Assembly: GCA_963748015.1 (NCBI GenBank)
Contig: CAVVHE010000004.1
Location: 1,664,001 to 1,728,000, forward strand
Reading direction: 5' to 3'
Length of the DNA: 64,000 nt
Source: Terriglobia bacterium
GTDB taxonomy: Bacteria > Acidobacteriota > Polarisedimenticolia > Polarisedimenticolales > JAIQFR01
Positions 36,596 through 49,280 of this stretch are shown piece by piece. The notes below the pieces were generated by a model. The model made no database searches and was not told the DNA's origin. It was given only the letters and a program-made list of their open reading frames with translations. How positions within the stretch are numbered: the stretch's first letter is position 1; every line of letters begins with the position of its first letter. The translations under genes were made by a program, and so were the position numbers.

Positions 36596-38874
36596 AGGAG
36601 CGGTTCCGGGTGCTTCTGATCGACGACAACCCCGACGACCGGCTGCTCGTCCTCCGGCAGCTCGAGCGGGAATTCCACGAGCTCGACGTGGAGCAGGTCA
36701 CGGACGCGGAGGGATTCCGTCGGGCGCTCGACACGGGCGGCTTCGGCCTCGTCGTCACGGACTACCAGCTCATGTGGACCGACGGGCTGGCGGTCCTCGG
36801 GGCGGCGAAGAGCCGGTGGCCCGACTGTCCCGTGGTCATGTTCACGGGCACCGGGGGCGAGGAGATCGCGGTCGAGGCGATGAAGGCGGGGCTCGACGAC
36901 TACGTCCTCAAGTCCCCGCGGCATTTCGTCCGGCTCGCGACCGCGGCCCGCTCCGCGATCGATCGCGCCCGCCAGCGCCGCGCCGTGAAGGAGGCGGAGG
37001 AGCGGTACTGGCGGCTCTTCGACGGGCTGCCGATCGGCCTGTACCTGAGCTCCCCCGACGGACAGGCGATCGACGCGAACCCCGCGCTCGCAGAGATGCT
37101 CGGCTACCCCGACCGGAACAGCTTCCTGAACGCGCGCATCCCCGAGATGTACGCCGATCCCCGCGACCGGGAGACGTGGGCCTCCCGGATGGAGCGCGAC
37201 GGGATCATCCGGGACTTCGAGGTGCGCTTGAGGCGGCACGACGGCGAGACGATCTGGGTCCGCGATACGGCGCGCGCCGAGCGTGACGCCGGCGGAAAGG
37301 TGAGGTACTACGAGGGGAGCCTCGAGGACATCACCGAGCGGAAGCGCGCGGAGGCCCAGCTCGGCCTTCTCGAGTCCGCGATCCGTCACGCCGGGGAAGG
37401 CATCGTCATCGTCGCAGCCGATCGCGGACGCTCGAGGGTCGCGTTCGTCAACCCGGCCTACTGCGCGATGACCGGCTACGAGGCGGGGGAGCTGCTCGAC
37501 CGGCCGATCGACTTCCTCGCGGGGCCGAAGACGGACCCGGCGGAGATCGCCCGCCTCGGGGAGGCGCTCGAGCGCGGCGAGGCGAGCGCGGGCGAGGCGA
37601 TCTGCTACCGAAAGGACGGCAGCGAGTTCGTCCTCGAGTGGCATCTCGCGCCGATCCGGGACGAGGAGGGCCGCGTCACGCACCTCGTCTCGATCCAGCG
37701 CGACGCGACCGAGCGGAAGGCGGTCGCGGAGCAGCTCCGGCAGTCGCAGAAGATGGAAGCGGTCGGGCGGCTGGCGGGCGGGATCGCCCACGATTTCAAC
37801 AACATCCTCACGGTCATCGGCGGTTACGGCGAGCTGCTCCGCGACGCGCACCTCCCCGACCCCTCGGTGAGGCTCCATCTCGAGACCATCATCGAGGCCG
37901 CCGAGCATGCGAGCGCGCTCACCCGGCGCCTCATGTCCTTCAGCCGGAAGCAGGTCCTCGAGACGAAGGTCTCGAACCTGAACACGATCGTCACCGACAT
38001 GGAGCGGCTGCTCCACCGGCTCCTCGGGGAAGACGTCCGCCTCGAGATCGCCCTCGACCCCGCCCTCGCGAACGTGCGGGTGGACGTGGGCCAGATCGAG
38101 CAGGTCGTCGTGAACCTCGCGATCAACGCGCGGGACGCGATGGGCACCGGGGGGACGCTCCGCATCGAGACGGCGAACGCGCCGGTGGACGAGGCCGCGG
38201 CGCGCTCGCACCCCGGGCTCCGGCCGGGGTCCTATGCCCGCGTGACGATCGCCGATTCGGGACACGGGATGGACGAGAAGACCCGGGAGCGGATCTTCGA
38301 GCCGTTCTTCACCACGAAGGAGAACGGCGCCGGGACGGGGCTCGGGCTCGCCACGGTGTACGCGATCGTGCTGCAGAGCGGCGGGCACATCGGCGTTCGG
38401 AGCGAGCCCGGCCAAGGCGCGACCTTCGACGTCTTCCTTCCCGCCGTCTTGGCACCGCAGGAAGCGGCGGATCCGGCGGATTCCGCCGCGCAGCCGCCCC
38501 GCGGCACCGAGACGATCCTGCTGGTGGAGGACGAGGCGGGAATCCGCGGGCTCCTGTCGGAGATCCTCGAGGGGAGCGGCTACCGGGTCCTGACGGCGAG
38601 CCGCGGCCAGGAAGCGCTCGACCTCCTCGCGGGCCGCGCCGAGACGGTCCACCTGCTGGTGACGGACGTCGTCATGCCGGGAATGACCGGCCGAGAGCTC
38701 GCGGCGCGGATGCAGGAGGAGCATTCCGGCATCCGGGTCCTCTTCATTTCGGGATACACGCCGGCGGAGGTTTCGCGCCGGGGTGTCGTCACGCCGGACT
38801 CCGCGTTCCTCCAGAAGCCGTTCGCGGCGAGGACGCTCCTCCGAAAGGTCAGGGAAGTGCTCGACGGCGCTTGA
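36592..38874 (+). CDS. Hybrid sensor kinase/response regulator (REC-PAS-PAS-HisKA-HATPase-REC)
   Basis: LLIDDN..VTDY..DYVLK, GRLAGGIAHDFNNIL, FEPFFTTK, GTGLGLA and LLVEDE..TDVVMP..LQKPF; ATGA overlap. Confidence 0.93.
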   Translation: MKERFRVLLIDDNPDDRLLVLRQLEREFHELDVEQVTDAEGFRRALDTGGFGLVVTDYQLMWTDGLAVLGAAKSRWPDCPVVMFTGTGGEEIAVEAMKAGLDDYVLKSPRHFVRLATAARSAIDRARQRRAVKEAEERYWRLFDGLPIGLYLSSPDGQAIDANPALAEMLGYPDRNSFLNARIPEMYADPRDRETWASRMERDGIIRDFEVRLRRHDGETIWVRDTARAERDAGGKVRYYEGSLEDITERKRAEAQLGLLESAIRHAGEGIVIVAADRGRSRVAFVNPAYCAMTGYEAGELLDRPIDFLAGPKTDPAEIARLGEALERGEASAGEAICYRKDGSEFVLEWHLAPIRDEEGRVTHLVSIQRDATERKAVAEQLRQSQKMEAVGRLAGGIAHDFNNILTVIGGYGELLRDAHLPDPSVRLHLETIIEAAEHASALTRRLMSFSRKQVLETKVSNLNTIVTDMERLLHRLLGEDVRLEIALDPALANVRVDVGQIEQVVVNLAINARDAMGTGGTLRIETANAPVDEAAARSHPGLRPGSYARVTIADSGHGMDEKTRERIFEPFFTTKENGAGTGLGLATVYAIVLQSGGHIGVRSEPGQGATFDVFLPAVLAPQEAADPADSAAQPPRGTETILLVEDEAGIRGLLSEILEGSGYRVLTASRGQEALDLLAGRAETVHLLVTDVVMPGMTGRELAARMQEEHSGIRVLFISGYTPAEVSRRGVVTPDSAFLQKPFAARTLLRKVREVLDGA

Positions 38875-38962
38875 CGCCCCTTGTCACCCGCACGGGGCCT
38901 GCGCTACCATTCCGCGTCGCCGCGGGACCCTTCCCGACTGCGACCCTGGGAGCGAAAGATAG

Positions 38963-41930
<2,968 letters not shown>

Positions 41931-41966
41931 CGCTGGGTTATCATTCCGGACCGCAAGGAGAGAGCC

Positions 41967-42923
41967 GTGGCGCGAGACACCGCACGCCGTGTCCTGGAGG
42001 TCGAGGCGCAGGCCGTCGCCGATCTGGTCTCCCGCCTCGACGAGAGCTTCGACCGCGCCGTCGCGGCGCTGTCGGACAGTCGCGGGCGGATCGTGGTCAC
42101 GGGCATGGGCAAGTCGGGGATCATCGCCCAGAAGATAGCGGCGACCCTCTCCTCCACCGGCACCCCTGCGTACTTCATGCACCCCGCGGAGGCGATCCAC
42201 GGCGACCTGGGCATGATCGTCGCCGGCGACGTCGTGCTCGCCCTCTCGAACTCCGGGGAGACCGAGGAGATCGTCCGGCTGCTCGAGGTCCTGAAGAGGC
42301 TCGGGGCCTTCCTCGTCGCCATGAGCGGCGATCGGAACTCGACCCTCGCCCGCTACGCCGACGTGAATCTCGACGTCGGCGTCCACCGCGAGGCGGGGAG
42401 CCTCGAGTTCGTCCCGACCGCCTCCACGACGGCCGCCCTCGCCATGGGAGACGCGCTCGCCGTCGCGTGCTACGAGCGCCGCGGGTTTTCCGTGGCCGAC
42501 TTCGCGCGGTACCACCCCGGCGGCAGGCTGGGACGGAAGCTCCTCACCGTGGCGGAGCTGATGCACGCCGGGGACGGCATGCCTGCGGTGCTCCATTCCA
42601 CCCCGATGCCCGAGACGATCCGCGTGATGTCGGAGAAGAAGCTGGGCATGACCTGCGTGCTGGACGGCGACGGGAAGCTGCTGGGAGTCGTTACCGACGG
42701 CGACCTCCGGCGGTACATGCTCCGCTCCGGCCGTCCGCTCGAGGGCACGGCGGGAGACGCGATGACGCGCTCTCCGTTCACGCTCGGCGCGGGGGGCCTG
42801 GCCACGGAGGCGCTCCGGATCCTCGAAGAGAGGAAGATCACGTCGCTTCCCGTGCTGGATCCCTCCGGCCGCGTTCTCGGCGTGATCCACCTCCACGATC
42901 TGTGGAAGACACAGCTGTTCTGA
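41967..42923 (+). CDS. kdsD: Arabinose-5-phosphate isomerase (KpsF/GutQ family; SIS + CBS)
   Basis: GMGKSG, HPAEAIHGDLG, PTASTT, HPGG.LG and C-terminal CBS pair. Confidence 0.95.
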   Translation: MARDTARRVLEVEAQAVADLVSRLDESFDRAVAALSDSRGRIVVTGMGKSGIIAQKIAATLSSTGTPAYFMHPAEAIHGDLGMIVAGDVVLALSNSGETEEIVRLLEVLKRLGAFLVAMSGDRNSTLARYADVNLDVGVHREAGSLEFVPTASTTAALAMGDALAVACYERRGFSVADFARYHPGGRLGRKLLTVAELMHAGDGMPAVLHSTPMPETIRVMSEKKLGMTCVLDGDGKLLGVVTDGDLRRYMLRSGRPLEGTAGDAMTRSPFTLGAGGLATEALRILEERKITSLPVLDPSGRVLGVIHLHDLWKTQLF

Positions 42924-42948
42924 AGGGCAGGATGAAATCGGTGACGCC

Positions 42949-43491
42949 ATGAAGGACGTTCCCCGCGAGATCCTCGATCGGGCGGCCAGGGTCCGCCTGG
43001 TTCTGCTCGACGTGGACGGAGTTCTCACCGACGGCAAGCTCCTCCAGTTTTCCGACGGCACCGAGGGGCGCGCCTTCCACGTGCGGGACGGTTACGGGAT
43101 CAAGATGGGACAGCGGCTCGGTCTCGCGTTCGGCATCCTCTCCGGCCGGGCGTCGAAGGTGGCGGAAGCGCGCGGGCGGGAGCTCGGCATCGAGGAAGTC
43201 CACGTCGGCGTGCTCGAGAAGGACGAGCGCTACGAGGAGATCGTGCGGCGGCTCGGCCTGACCGACGAGGAGGTATGCTACATGGGAGACGATCTCGTGG
43301 ACGTCCCCGTGCTCCGGCGGGTGGGCCTCGGCGTCGCTCCCGCGGGCGCCTCCGAGGAGGCGGCGATGGCGGCCCACTGGATCACGGAGCGGGCGGGCGG
43401 CGACGGGGCGGTCCGCGAGGTGGTCACCCTGATCCTCAGGGCCCAGGGGAAGTGGGAAGGGATCTCCGGAACGTACTTCAAGACGCGGTGA
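42949..43491 (+). CDS. kdsC: KDO8P phosphatase (HAD family)
   Basis: LDVDGVLTDG, F.VRDGYGI, YMGDDLVD and GG.GAVRE motifs. Confidence 0.95.
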   Translation: MKDVPREILDRAARVRLVLLDVDGVLTDGKLLQFSDGTEGRAFHVRDGYGIKMGQRLGLAFGILSGRASKVAEARGRELGIEEVHVGVLEKDERYEEIVRRLGLTDEEVCYMGDDLVDVPVLRRVGLGVAPAGASEEAAMAAHWITERAGGDGAVREVVTLILRAQGKWEGISGTYFKTR

Positions 43492-43498
43492 GGCGGAC

Positions 43499-43939
43499 AT
43501 GCGGCTGCTGGTGATCCTGCTGACGATCCTCCTGTTCATCAACCTCCTCGGGTTCGTGCTGACGAACCTCGAGACCCGCGTCGACGTGACGGTGTGGAAG
43601 ACGCAGCACCCCAACGTCCCCCTGTTCGCCGTGGTGATCCTCTCGGTCCTCGCCGGCATCGTGTACGCGGGAGTGATCGCGGTGGCGGAGGGAGCCAACC
43701 TGCGCCTGGCGAACCACCGGTTGCAGCGCGAGGTCCAGAAGCTCGAGACCGAGTTGAACTACCTGCGAACGCAGCCGGTCGCGTCCCCGCGCTCCGAGCC
43801 CGACGCGATCCAGGACCTCTCGTGGAAGGGTGGGAGCCGCGCCGACGACGACGCCCGGACGCCCCCGGCGAGCGCGCCGGTGTACGAGGCCGAGGGCGAC
43901 CTCGACGACGACACCTACTCGGGAGGCCGCGCGGTCTAG
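43499..43939 (+). CDS. LapA-family (LPS assembly protein A domain) membrane protein
   Basis: Two TM helices with F..TN between them, followed by a coiled coil; LPS cluster context. Confidence 0.65.
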   Translation: MRLLVILLTILLFINLLGFVLTNLETRVDVTVWKTQHPNVPLFAVVILSVLAGIVYAGVIAVAEGANLRLANHRLQREVQKLETELNYLRTQPVASPRSEPDAIQDLSWKGGSRADDDARTPPASAPVYEAEGDLDDDTYSGGRAV

Positions 43940-46587
43940 GAGCTGCGGCGCAGCTCCGAGATCTGTTCGTGCAGCGCCCGGGTGCGGGCCTCGCCGATCT
44001 GGGGCTTCAGCATCTCGAACTCGCGGTCGAGCAGCCTCTCGAGGCCGGACCACGGCTCGCTCTCGCTACGATCCCTGATCGACTTCTTCAGCCCCTCGGG
44101 ATCCCACGTCCCGTCGGGCAGGAGCCGCGCCCCCGCGAACAGCTCGCTCTGGCCGTTCGTCAAACCGAAGCGGCACGCCTGGATGAAGTTCGCGGTCCCG
44201 GCGCCCACCTCCGCCCGGATGGCGCGGTAGAGCACGCGGTGGAGCTGGTTGAAGCGGCCGATCGCCTTGTCGAGGTCCGCGATCGCGCTCTCGTTCGTGT
44301 CGGCGACCGGCTCGGCCGCCGTGGGAACCGGGGACTTCGCCTCCTCGGGCGCTTTCGCCGCCGCGGCAGCGGGAACGGCGTCGGCCGGAGCTGCGCCGAT
44401 CGCGCGGGCGATCTCCTCCGCCGGTATCTCTCCCGTCTGCTCGGCCTCCGGGACCTCGGCCGGCGCGCTCTCCGCTTGGGCCGGCTCCACCAGTCGGGCA
44501 CCCGCTGCCGCGGCGAGCTCGAACGACGGCTCGGGCTCGCCCGTGGGCATCGCCTCGGGCTCGGGCGCCTCGGGCACGGGCTCGCCGATCTCGAATTCGC
44601 GCCCGCCGGCTCCGTCCATCGCCGCGGCTTCCGCAAACGGCTCGTCCGTGCCGCTGCCCGGAGCGGCCAGCTCGAACTGCGCGCCCTCCTGGAACGGCGC
44701 CGAAAGGCCCAGCGCCGCCTCGACCTCGGCCCGGGAGACGATCAGGGTGGCATCCGCCGGCGAATCGAGAGGCGGCACGGCATTCGCGTTCTCGCCCGCG
44801 TCCGCCGGCCGCGCATCGTCGCTCGGGGGCGCGGGGAACGCCTCCTCGGTGAGCTTCCACACGTCGGAGACCACTTCCGAAGGGGCCTCCTCCGGCGGCG
44901 CGACCTGGATCGCGCCGGGTCCGGCGCAGACCTCGGCGGGCGGAGCGTGCACATCGGACGGCGGGGCATCCTCGGACGACACAGGGATCGCCTGCACGGA
45001 CGACTCGATCGGGAGTGGGCCGTCGAAGGCGCCCAGGATCTCGGGCTCGCCCCCGGGCTCCGGGGGAGCGACGGTCACTGGCCGGTCCGCGGGCTCGGCG
45101 GCCGGCCGCTCGCTCGCGGGAATCTCGCGCACCGCTCCGAGAAGACGGAGCGCCCAGACGATCTGGCACACGCGGAAGTCGCCCAGCGACGTCCGGCGGC
45201 AGATCTCGAGAATGCTCCTCGGCTCTCCGAGGCAGGAAACCACCTCCCACTCCTCGGCGCCGACCGTCATCCGATCGAGCACGCCGAGGTACTCCGAGGT
45301 CAGTCCGAGAACGGCGTCGGGAGAATCGGCGCATCCCACGCGGACCCTCGGCCAGTTGGTCACGCGCCGGACCCCGTGGGCGATCAGGTCCTCGAGGCTC
45401 ATCTCGAGCACGATCTCCTCGATGGTCGGCAACTCGCCCGGAACGAACGCGTACTCCCCTTCTTCCCACCGGAAGGTGTCGTAGACGATCTCGCTTAGCT
45501 GCTCGCGCACCATCTCGCGGAGGTCCTGCTCGTCGATCACCCCCATCTCGAGGAGGATCGTCCCCACCCGCTTGTTGCTGAGGAGCCGCTTCGCGGTCTC
45601 CTCCCGGTCGTGAATCGAGATCACCCCGCGGCGCAAGAGGTGGGCGACCAGGCCGTCGTCGATGTTGTTGCTGGTGGCGAAGACGCAGCGGCCACCCCGG
45701 ACGTGAAAGGTCCGCTCGAGCGAGCCCCGGGAAACGTGGAGCACCCCCGTTTCCCCGGCGCGGCACAGGCGGACGAAAACCTCGATGACGCCCTCGAGAC
45801 CCAGCCGTCCCTCGAGCGAGGCCTCCGCCCCCGGAATGTCCGCGGGCGAGTCGCCTTCCTCGACCGCGCCGAGCACCTTGAGCGCCCACAGCGCCTGGTG
45901 GATCTCGAAGTTGGAAGCGTAGATCTCGCGGCACAGCGCCTCGATGGACGCGCTCCCGCGCTGCAGCCGCTGCAGCAGCAGCCGCTCCGCGTCGTTCAGC
46001 TCCAGCCCCTCGACGACCTCCGCCGAGCGCGGAGAGAGCGAGAAGCGCTGCCTCGGCCCGCCGACGCTCCGCCGGATGCGCGCGAACGACCGGGTCCTTC
46101 GAATGCCCAGGAGGAGGATCTCGCCCGTCTTCATGCCGAGCGTGATGACCTCCTGGGTCGGCAGGGGCCCCTCGTCCAGCCGGTAGGCGCCCTCTTCCCA
46201 GGTGAACAGCTCGAGGACGATGTCGCGGACCTGCGACACCACGCCGCGCACGAGGTCCTCGGGCCTCAAATGCCCCATCTCGACGAGCAGCGTCCCGAGG
46301 CGTTTCCCGAGGTGGAGGCTCGCGACCGCAGCCTCGAGCTCCTCCAGCCCGATGAGACCGTCCCGCAGCAGCATCTCCCCCAGGCGCTCGTTCGGATCGC
46401 TCGACACGGCGAAGATGATCCGGCCGTCCTGGAAGTAGACCTTCTTCGCGACGGTGGAACGGACGAGGTGGAGCACGCCCGTGGCCCGGCGGCGGCACAG
46501 CAGCCACATCAGGTCGGGAACGCTCATCCCCTCGAGGCGTCCGGCCACGAGTCCGGTGGATTCCTCCGGCAAGCTCATATCGCGCAT
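43936..46587 (-). CDS. Tandem DUF4388 (PatA-N-like) domain protein with MshEN-like motifs and an acidic linker
   Basis: Two copies of G.L....L.....TGVL...YF..G...FA...LF.WEEG.Y; long Pro/Ala/Glu-rich region. Confidence 0.8.
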   Translation of the reverse strand: MRDMSLPEESTGLVAGRLEGMSVPDLMWLLCRRRATGVLHLVRSTVAKKVYFQDGRIIFAVSSDPNERLGEMLLRDGLIGLEELEAAVASLHLGKRLGTLLVEMGHLRPEDLVRGVVSQVRDIVLELFTWEEGAYRLDEGPLPTQEVITLGMKTGEILLLGIRRTRSFARIRRSVGGPRQRFSLSPRSAEVVEGLELNDAERLLLQRLQRGSASIEALCREIYASNFEIHQALWALKVLGAVEEGDSPADIPGAEASLEGRLGLEGVIEVFVRLCRAGETGVLHVSRGSLERTFHVRGGRCVFATSNNIDDGLVAHLLRRGVISIHDREETAKRLLSNKRVGTILLEMGVIDEQDLREMVREQLSEIVYDTFRWEEGEYAFVPGELPTIEEIVLEMSLEDLIAHGVRRVTNWPRVRVGCADSPDAVLGLTSEYLGVLDRMTVGAEEWEVVSCLGEPRSILEICRRTSLGDFRVCQIVWALRLLGAVREIPASERPAAEPADRPVTVAPPEPGGEPEILGAFDGPLPIESSVQAIPVSSEDAPPSDVHAPPAEVCAGPGAIQVAPPEEAPSEVVSDVWKLTEEAFPAPPSDDARPADAGENANAVPPLDSPADATLIVSRAEVEAALGLSAPFQEGAQFELAAPGSGTDEPFAEAAAMDGAGGREFEIGEPVPEAPEPEAMPTGEPEPSFELAAAAGARLVEPAQAESAPAEVPEAEQTGEIPAEEIARAIGAAPADAVPAAAAAKAPEEAKSPVPTAAEPVADTNESAIADLDKAIGRFNQLHRVLYRAIRAEVGAGTANFIQACRFGLTNGQSELFAGARLLPDGTWDPEGLKKSIRDRSESEPWSGLERLLDREFEMLKPQIGEARTRALHEQISELRRSS

Positions 46588-46906
46588 GTTTCTCGCCTCG
46601 TGCTCAGGCCGGCCGCCCCGGGGCGCCGGACGTTCGGCTCCCTCTCCGGGTCACTGCCCGCCACGAGCGACCTCGGGGCGGGAAGCCCCCCACGTAGAAC
46701 TTAGTCCGGCGCTGAGCCGCGTCAAGTGCATGATGGGCAAAGCCTTATCGAACGACGGACACCTCGGATGCCAGGATCTCAGCTCCCGTCGGGTGTCCCA
46801 CACTCGGCGGGATATTCTGTATTTTCTACGATTTCGCGGGCCGCGGCGGCGGGCGCGCCCCCTCGAGCGATAGCGCTCCGAGCGGCGATCGGACCCGCCG
46901 ATCGGC

Positions 46907-47887
46907 TCAGTCGAAACGGTCCATGATCTCCTCGGGTCCGACGGTGGCCGTCCCGACCTTCCCGACGACGATGCCCGCCGCGTGGTTGGCGATGACCGCC
47001 GCCTCGCGGAGACTGCCGCCCGCCGCGAGGACCATCGCCATCGCCGCGACGACCGTGTCCCCCGCGCCCGTCACGTCATAGACCTCGCGGGCGACGGCCG
47101 GGATCAGCTCCGGCGCCCGGTCACGCTCCTTGAGGAGCATGCCCCGCTCTCCTCGCGTGATCAGCACGGCGCGGGTGTCGATCTTGTCGAGGATGCGGGA
47201 CGCCGCCCGCACCGCGTCGTCGTCGAGGCGGATATCGAGACCCGAGGCCCGGGCCGCCTCTTGCTGGTTGGGGGTGATCACGGTGATCGGCTGGTACCGC
47301 GAAAAATCCGAGACCTTGGGGTCCACCACCACGGGAATCCCGAGCGCTTTCGCCGCGGGAAGGATTTTCGCGAGGAGCGGCTCCGCGGCGGCCCCCTTGT
47401 CGTAGTCGGAGACCACGACGGCGCGAGCGTCCCGGATGGAGGCGAGGACGCGGGAGGCGAGCTCCTCGGTCCTGGCGGGCGCCATCGAGGCGTCGTTCTC
47501 CCGGTCCACGCGGACGACCTGCTGCGCCCTTGCGATGATGCGGGTCTTGACGGTCGTGATCCGATCGGGGTCCTCGAACATCCCCCAGCCGATCCCCGCG
47601 TCGTCGGCGGCCTTCCGCAGCTGCGCGGCCGCCGCGTCGGCGCCGACGAGGCCGACGAGCAGCACGTCGGCGCCGAGGCGGGCGAGGTTCGCGGCGACGT
47701 TGGCGGCGCCCCCCAGCCGCACGCTCTCTCGCGAGACGCGCACGACCGGCACCGGGGCTTCCGGCGAGATGCGCTCGACCTCTCCCCAGATGAAACGGTC
47801 GAGCATCACGTCGCCGACCACGACGACCTTGGCGCCGGCGAAGCGGCCCGCGAGCTTGCGCGCGGATTCCCGGTCGAGTGCGCTCAC
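46907..47887 (-). CDS. rfaE1: D-glycero-beta-D-manno-heptose-7-phosphate kinase (HldE kinase domain, RfaE1)
   Basis: VVGDVMLDRF.WG.V.RISPEAPVPV, GGAANVA, SDYDKG and DVTGAGDTV motifs. Confidence 0.93.
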   Translation of the reverse strand: MSALDRESARKLAGRFAGAKVVVVGDVMLDRFIWGEVERISPEAPVPVVRVSRESVRLGGAANVAANLARLGADVLLVGLVGADAAAAQLRKAADDAGIGWGMFEDPDRITTVKTRIIARAQQVVRVDRENDASMAPARTEELASRVLASIRDARAVVVSDYDKGAAAEPLLAKILPAAKALGIPVVVDPKVSDFSRYQPITVITPNQQEAARASGLDIRLDDDAVRAASRILDKIDTRAVLITRGERGMLLKERDRAPELIPAVAREVYDVTGAGDTVVAAMAMVLAAGGSLREAAVIANHAAGIVVGKVGTATVGPEEIMDRFD

Positions 47888-48048
47888 GGCGTCGCCTCCT
47901 CGACGAGCATGACCGGGATGCCGTCGCGGACGGGATAGACGCGGCCGCAGCCCTCGCATTCGATTCCCCGCTCGGCCTCTTGCACGCGAATCTTGCCGCG
48001 GCACGCGGGGCAGACCAGGATGGCGATGAGTCTCGCGTCGATCGGCAT
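47884..48048 (-). CDS. Trm112/YcaR-family small protein (54 aa; not in the ORF track)
   Basis: MPIDARLIAILVCPACRG..CEGCGRVYPVRDGIPVML; GGAGG RBS; GTGA overlap with rfaE1. Confidence 0.9.
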   Translation of the reverse strand: MPIDARLIAILVCPACRGKIRVQEAERGIECEGCGRVYPVRDGIPVMLVEEATP

Positions 48049-48158
48049 CGGCCCTCCGCGCGGCGTACGTCGCCGCCTTCGGAATTCTATACCGTCGAGG
48101 GCGTTTTGTTCGCGTGGGCCCGCGCGCCGGAGCGCCGGGGCTCGGCTATACTCGCGGC

Positions 48159-49280
48159 GTGAGGCCCCTCCCCGAGCATCTGACCCGGCGGATTTCCGAA
48201 AACGGCGAGGGGCTGACCGTGCTCGCGCTGCGCATGGGAGCGTTCGGAGACGTCCTGCGCACGCTTCCGGCGGTGCGCCTCCTCCGCTTCGCGCTGCCGG
48301 AGGCGAGAATCTACTGGGTCGTGGACGACCGGTGGTCGGAAGTCCTCGCCGAGCATCCCGACCTGGACGGGTGCTTCGTCGTTCCGCGGCGGGACTGGTC
48401 GCGCTTCTCGCGCTCTCCGCTCCGCTGGCCCTTGCTGCTGCGCTCGATCGCGCGCTTCCGGCGGGAGATTCGGGCCGTGTCCCCCGATCTCGTCCTCGAC
48501 TTCCACGGCAACCTGCGCAGCGGCGTGCTCGGTTGGCTGACGGGCGCGCCCGTGCGCCTCGGGTACTCGGGCCCCCAGCAGAAGGAAGGGAACCGTCTCT
48601 TCACGACGCACCGGATCGGCGCGGGACCGCAGCGAATGCCCCGGATGGAGCGGAATCTCGCGCTCGTCGGCGCCCTCGGCGTCCCGGTGGAGCCGCTGCC
48701 CGGCGGTGGGCTGCCCTTCACGGCCCGGTGCGTCCTGGAAGGGCGGGAACTGGTCGCCGGGCTCATCGGCCGCGGGCGCCGTTACGCCGCGATCGTCCCC
48801 GGGGCGAGCGTCAAGCAAGCGTACAAGAAACCGCCCGCTCCCCTGCTCGCGTCCGCCGCTAGGGAGATTCGCTCGCGGGAGATCCTCCCGATCGTGTTCT
48901 ACGGCCCGGGGGAGGAGGCCGACGCGCGGGCGGTGGTCGCGGCGTCGGACGGCGCCGCGCTGCTCGCCCCGCCGACGACCCTCAAGCAACTCGCGGCCGC
49001 GATCCGGCGGGCGAAGCTGCTCGTCGCGGGGGACACGGGCCCACTCCATCTCGCCTGCGCGGTCGGCTGCCCGGTCGTCGCGATCTACGGTCCTACGGAC
49101 CCGCAGGTCAACGCCCCGTGGGGGGTGCCGCACGCGGTCTTGTCCCCACCCGGACGCTCGTACACCGGGGTCAAGAAGATCGACCGAGAGGCAGGCGGCT
49201 TCGACGGGATCGCGGCGGAGGCCGTCGCGGGCGCCGTGCGCGACGTCCTCGAGCGGGCCGGCGAGGGACGGCGGCCATGA
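48159..49280 (+). CDS. GT9 LPS heptosyltransferase-like protein
   Basis: RMGAFGDVL, VLDFHGNLRS and GDTGPLHLACAVG.P.VAIYGPT motifs. Confidence 0.9.
   Translation: MRPLPEHLTRRISENGEGLTVLALRMGAFGDVLRTLPAVRLLRFALPEARIYWVVDDRWSEVLAEHPDLDGCFVVPRRDWSRFSRSPLRWPLLLRSIARFRREIRAVSPDLVLDFHGNLRSGVLGWLTGAPVRLGYSGPQQKEGNRLFTTHRIGAGPQRMPRMERNLALVGALGVPVEPLPGGGLPFTARCVLEGRELVAGLIGRGRRYAAIVPGASVKQAYKKPPAPLLASAAREIRSREILPIVFYGPGEEADARAVVAASDGAALLAPPTTLKQLAAAIRRAKLLVAGDTGPLHLACAVGCPVVAIYGPTDPQVNAPWGVPHAVLSPPGRSYTGVKKIDREAGGFDGIAAEAVAGAVRDVLERAGEGRRP

Noticed and set aside
46730..46800. GGGCAAAGCC..GAA, reminiscent of a c-di-GMP-I riboswitch
   Set aside because: P2 pairing and the GACGCAAAGC segment are absent, and it is on the wrong strand for the neighbouring genes.
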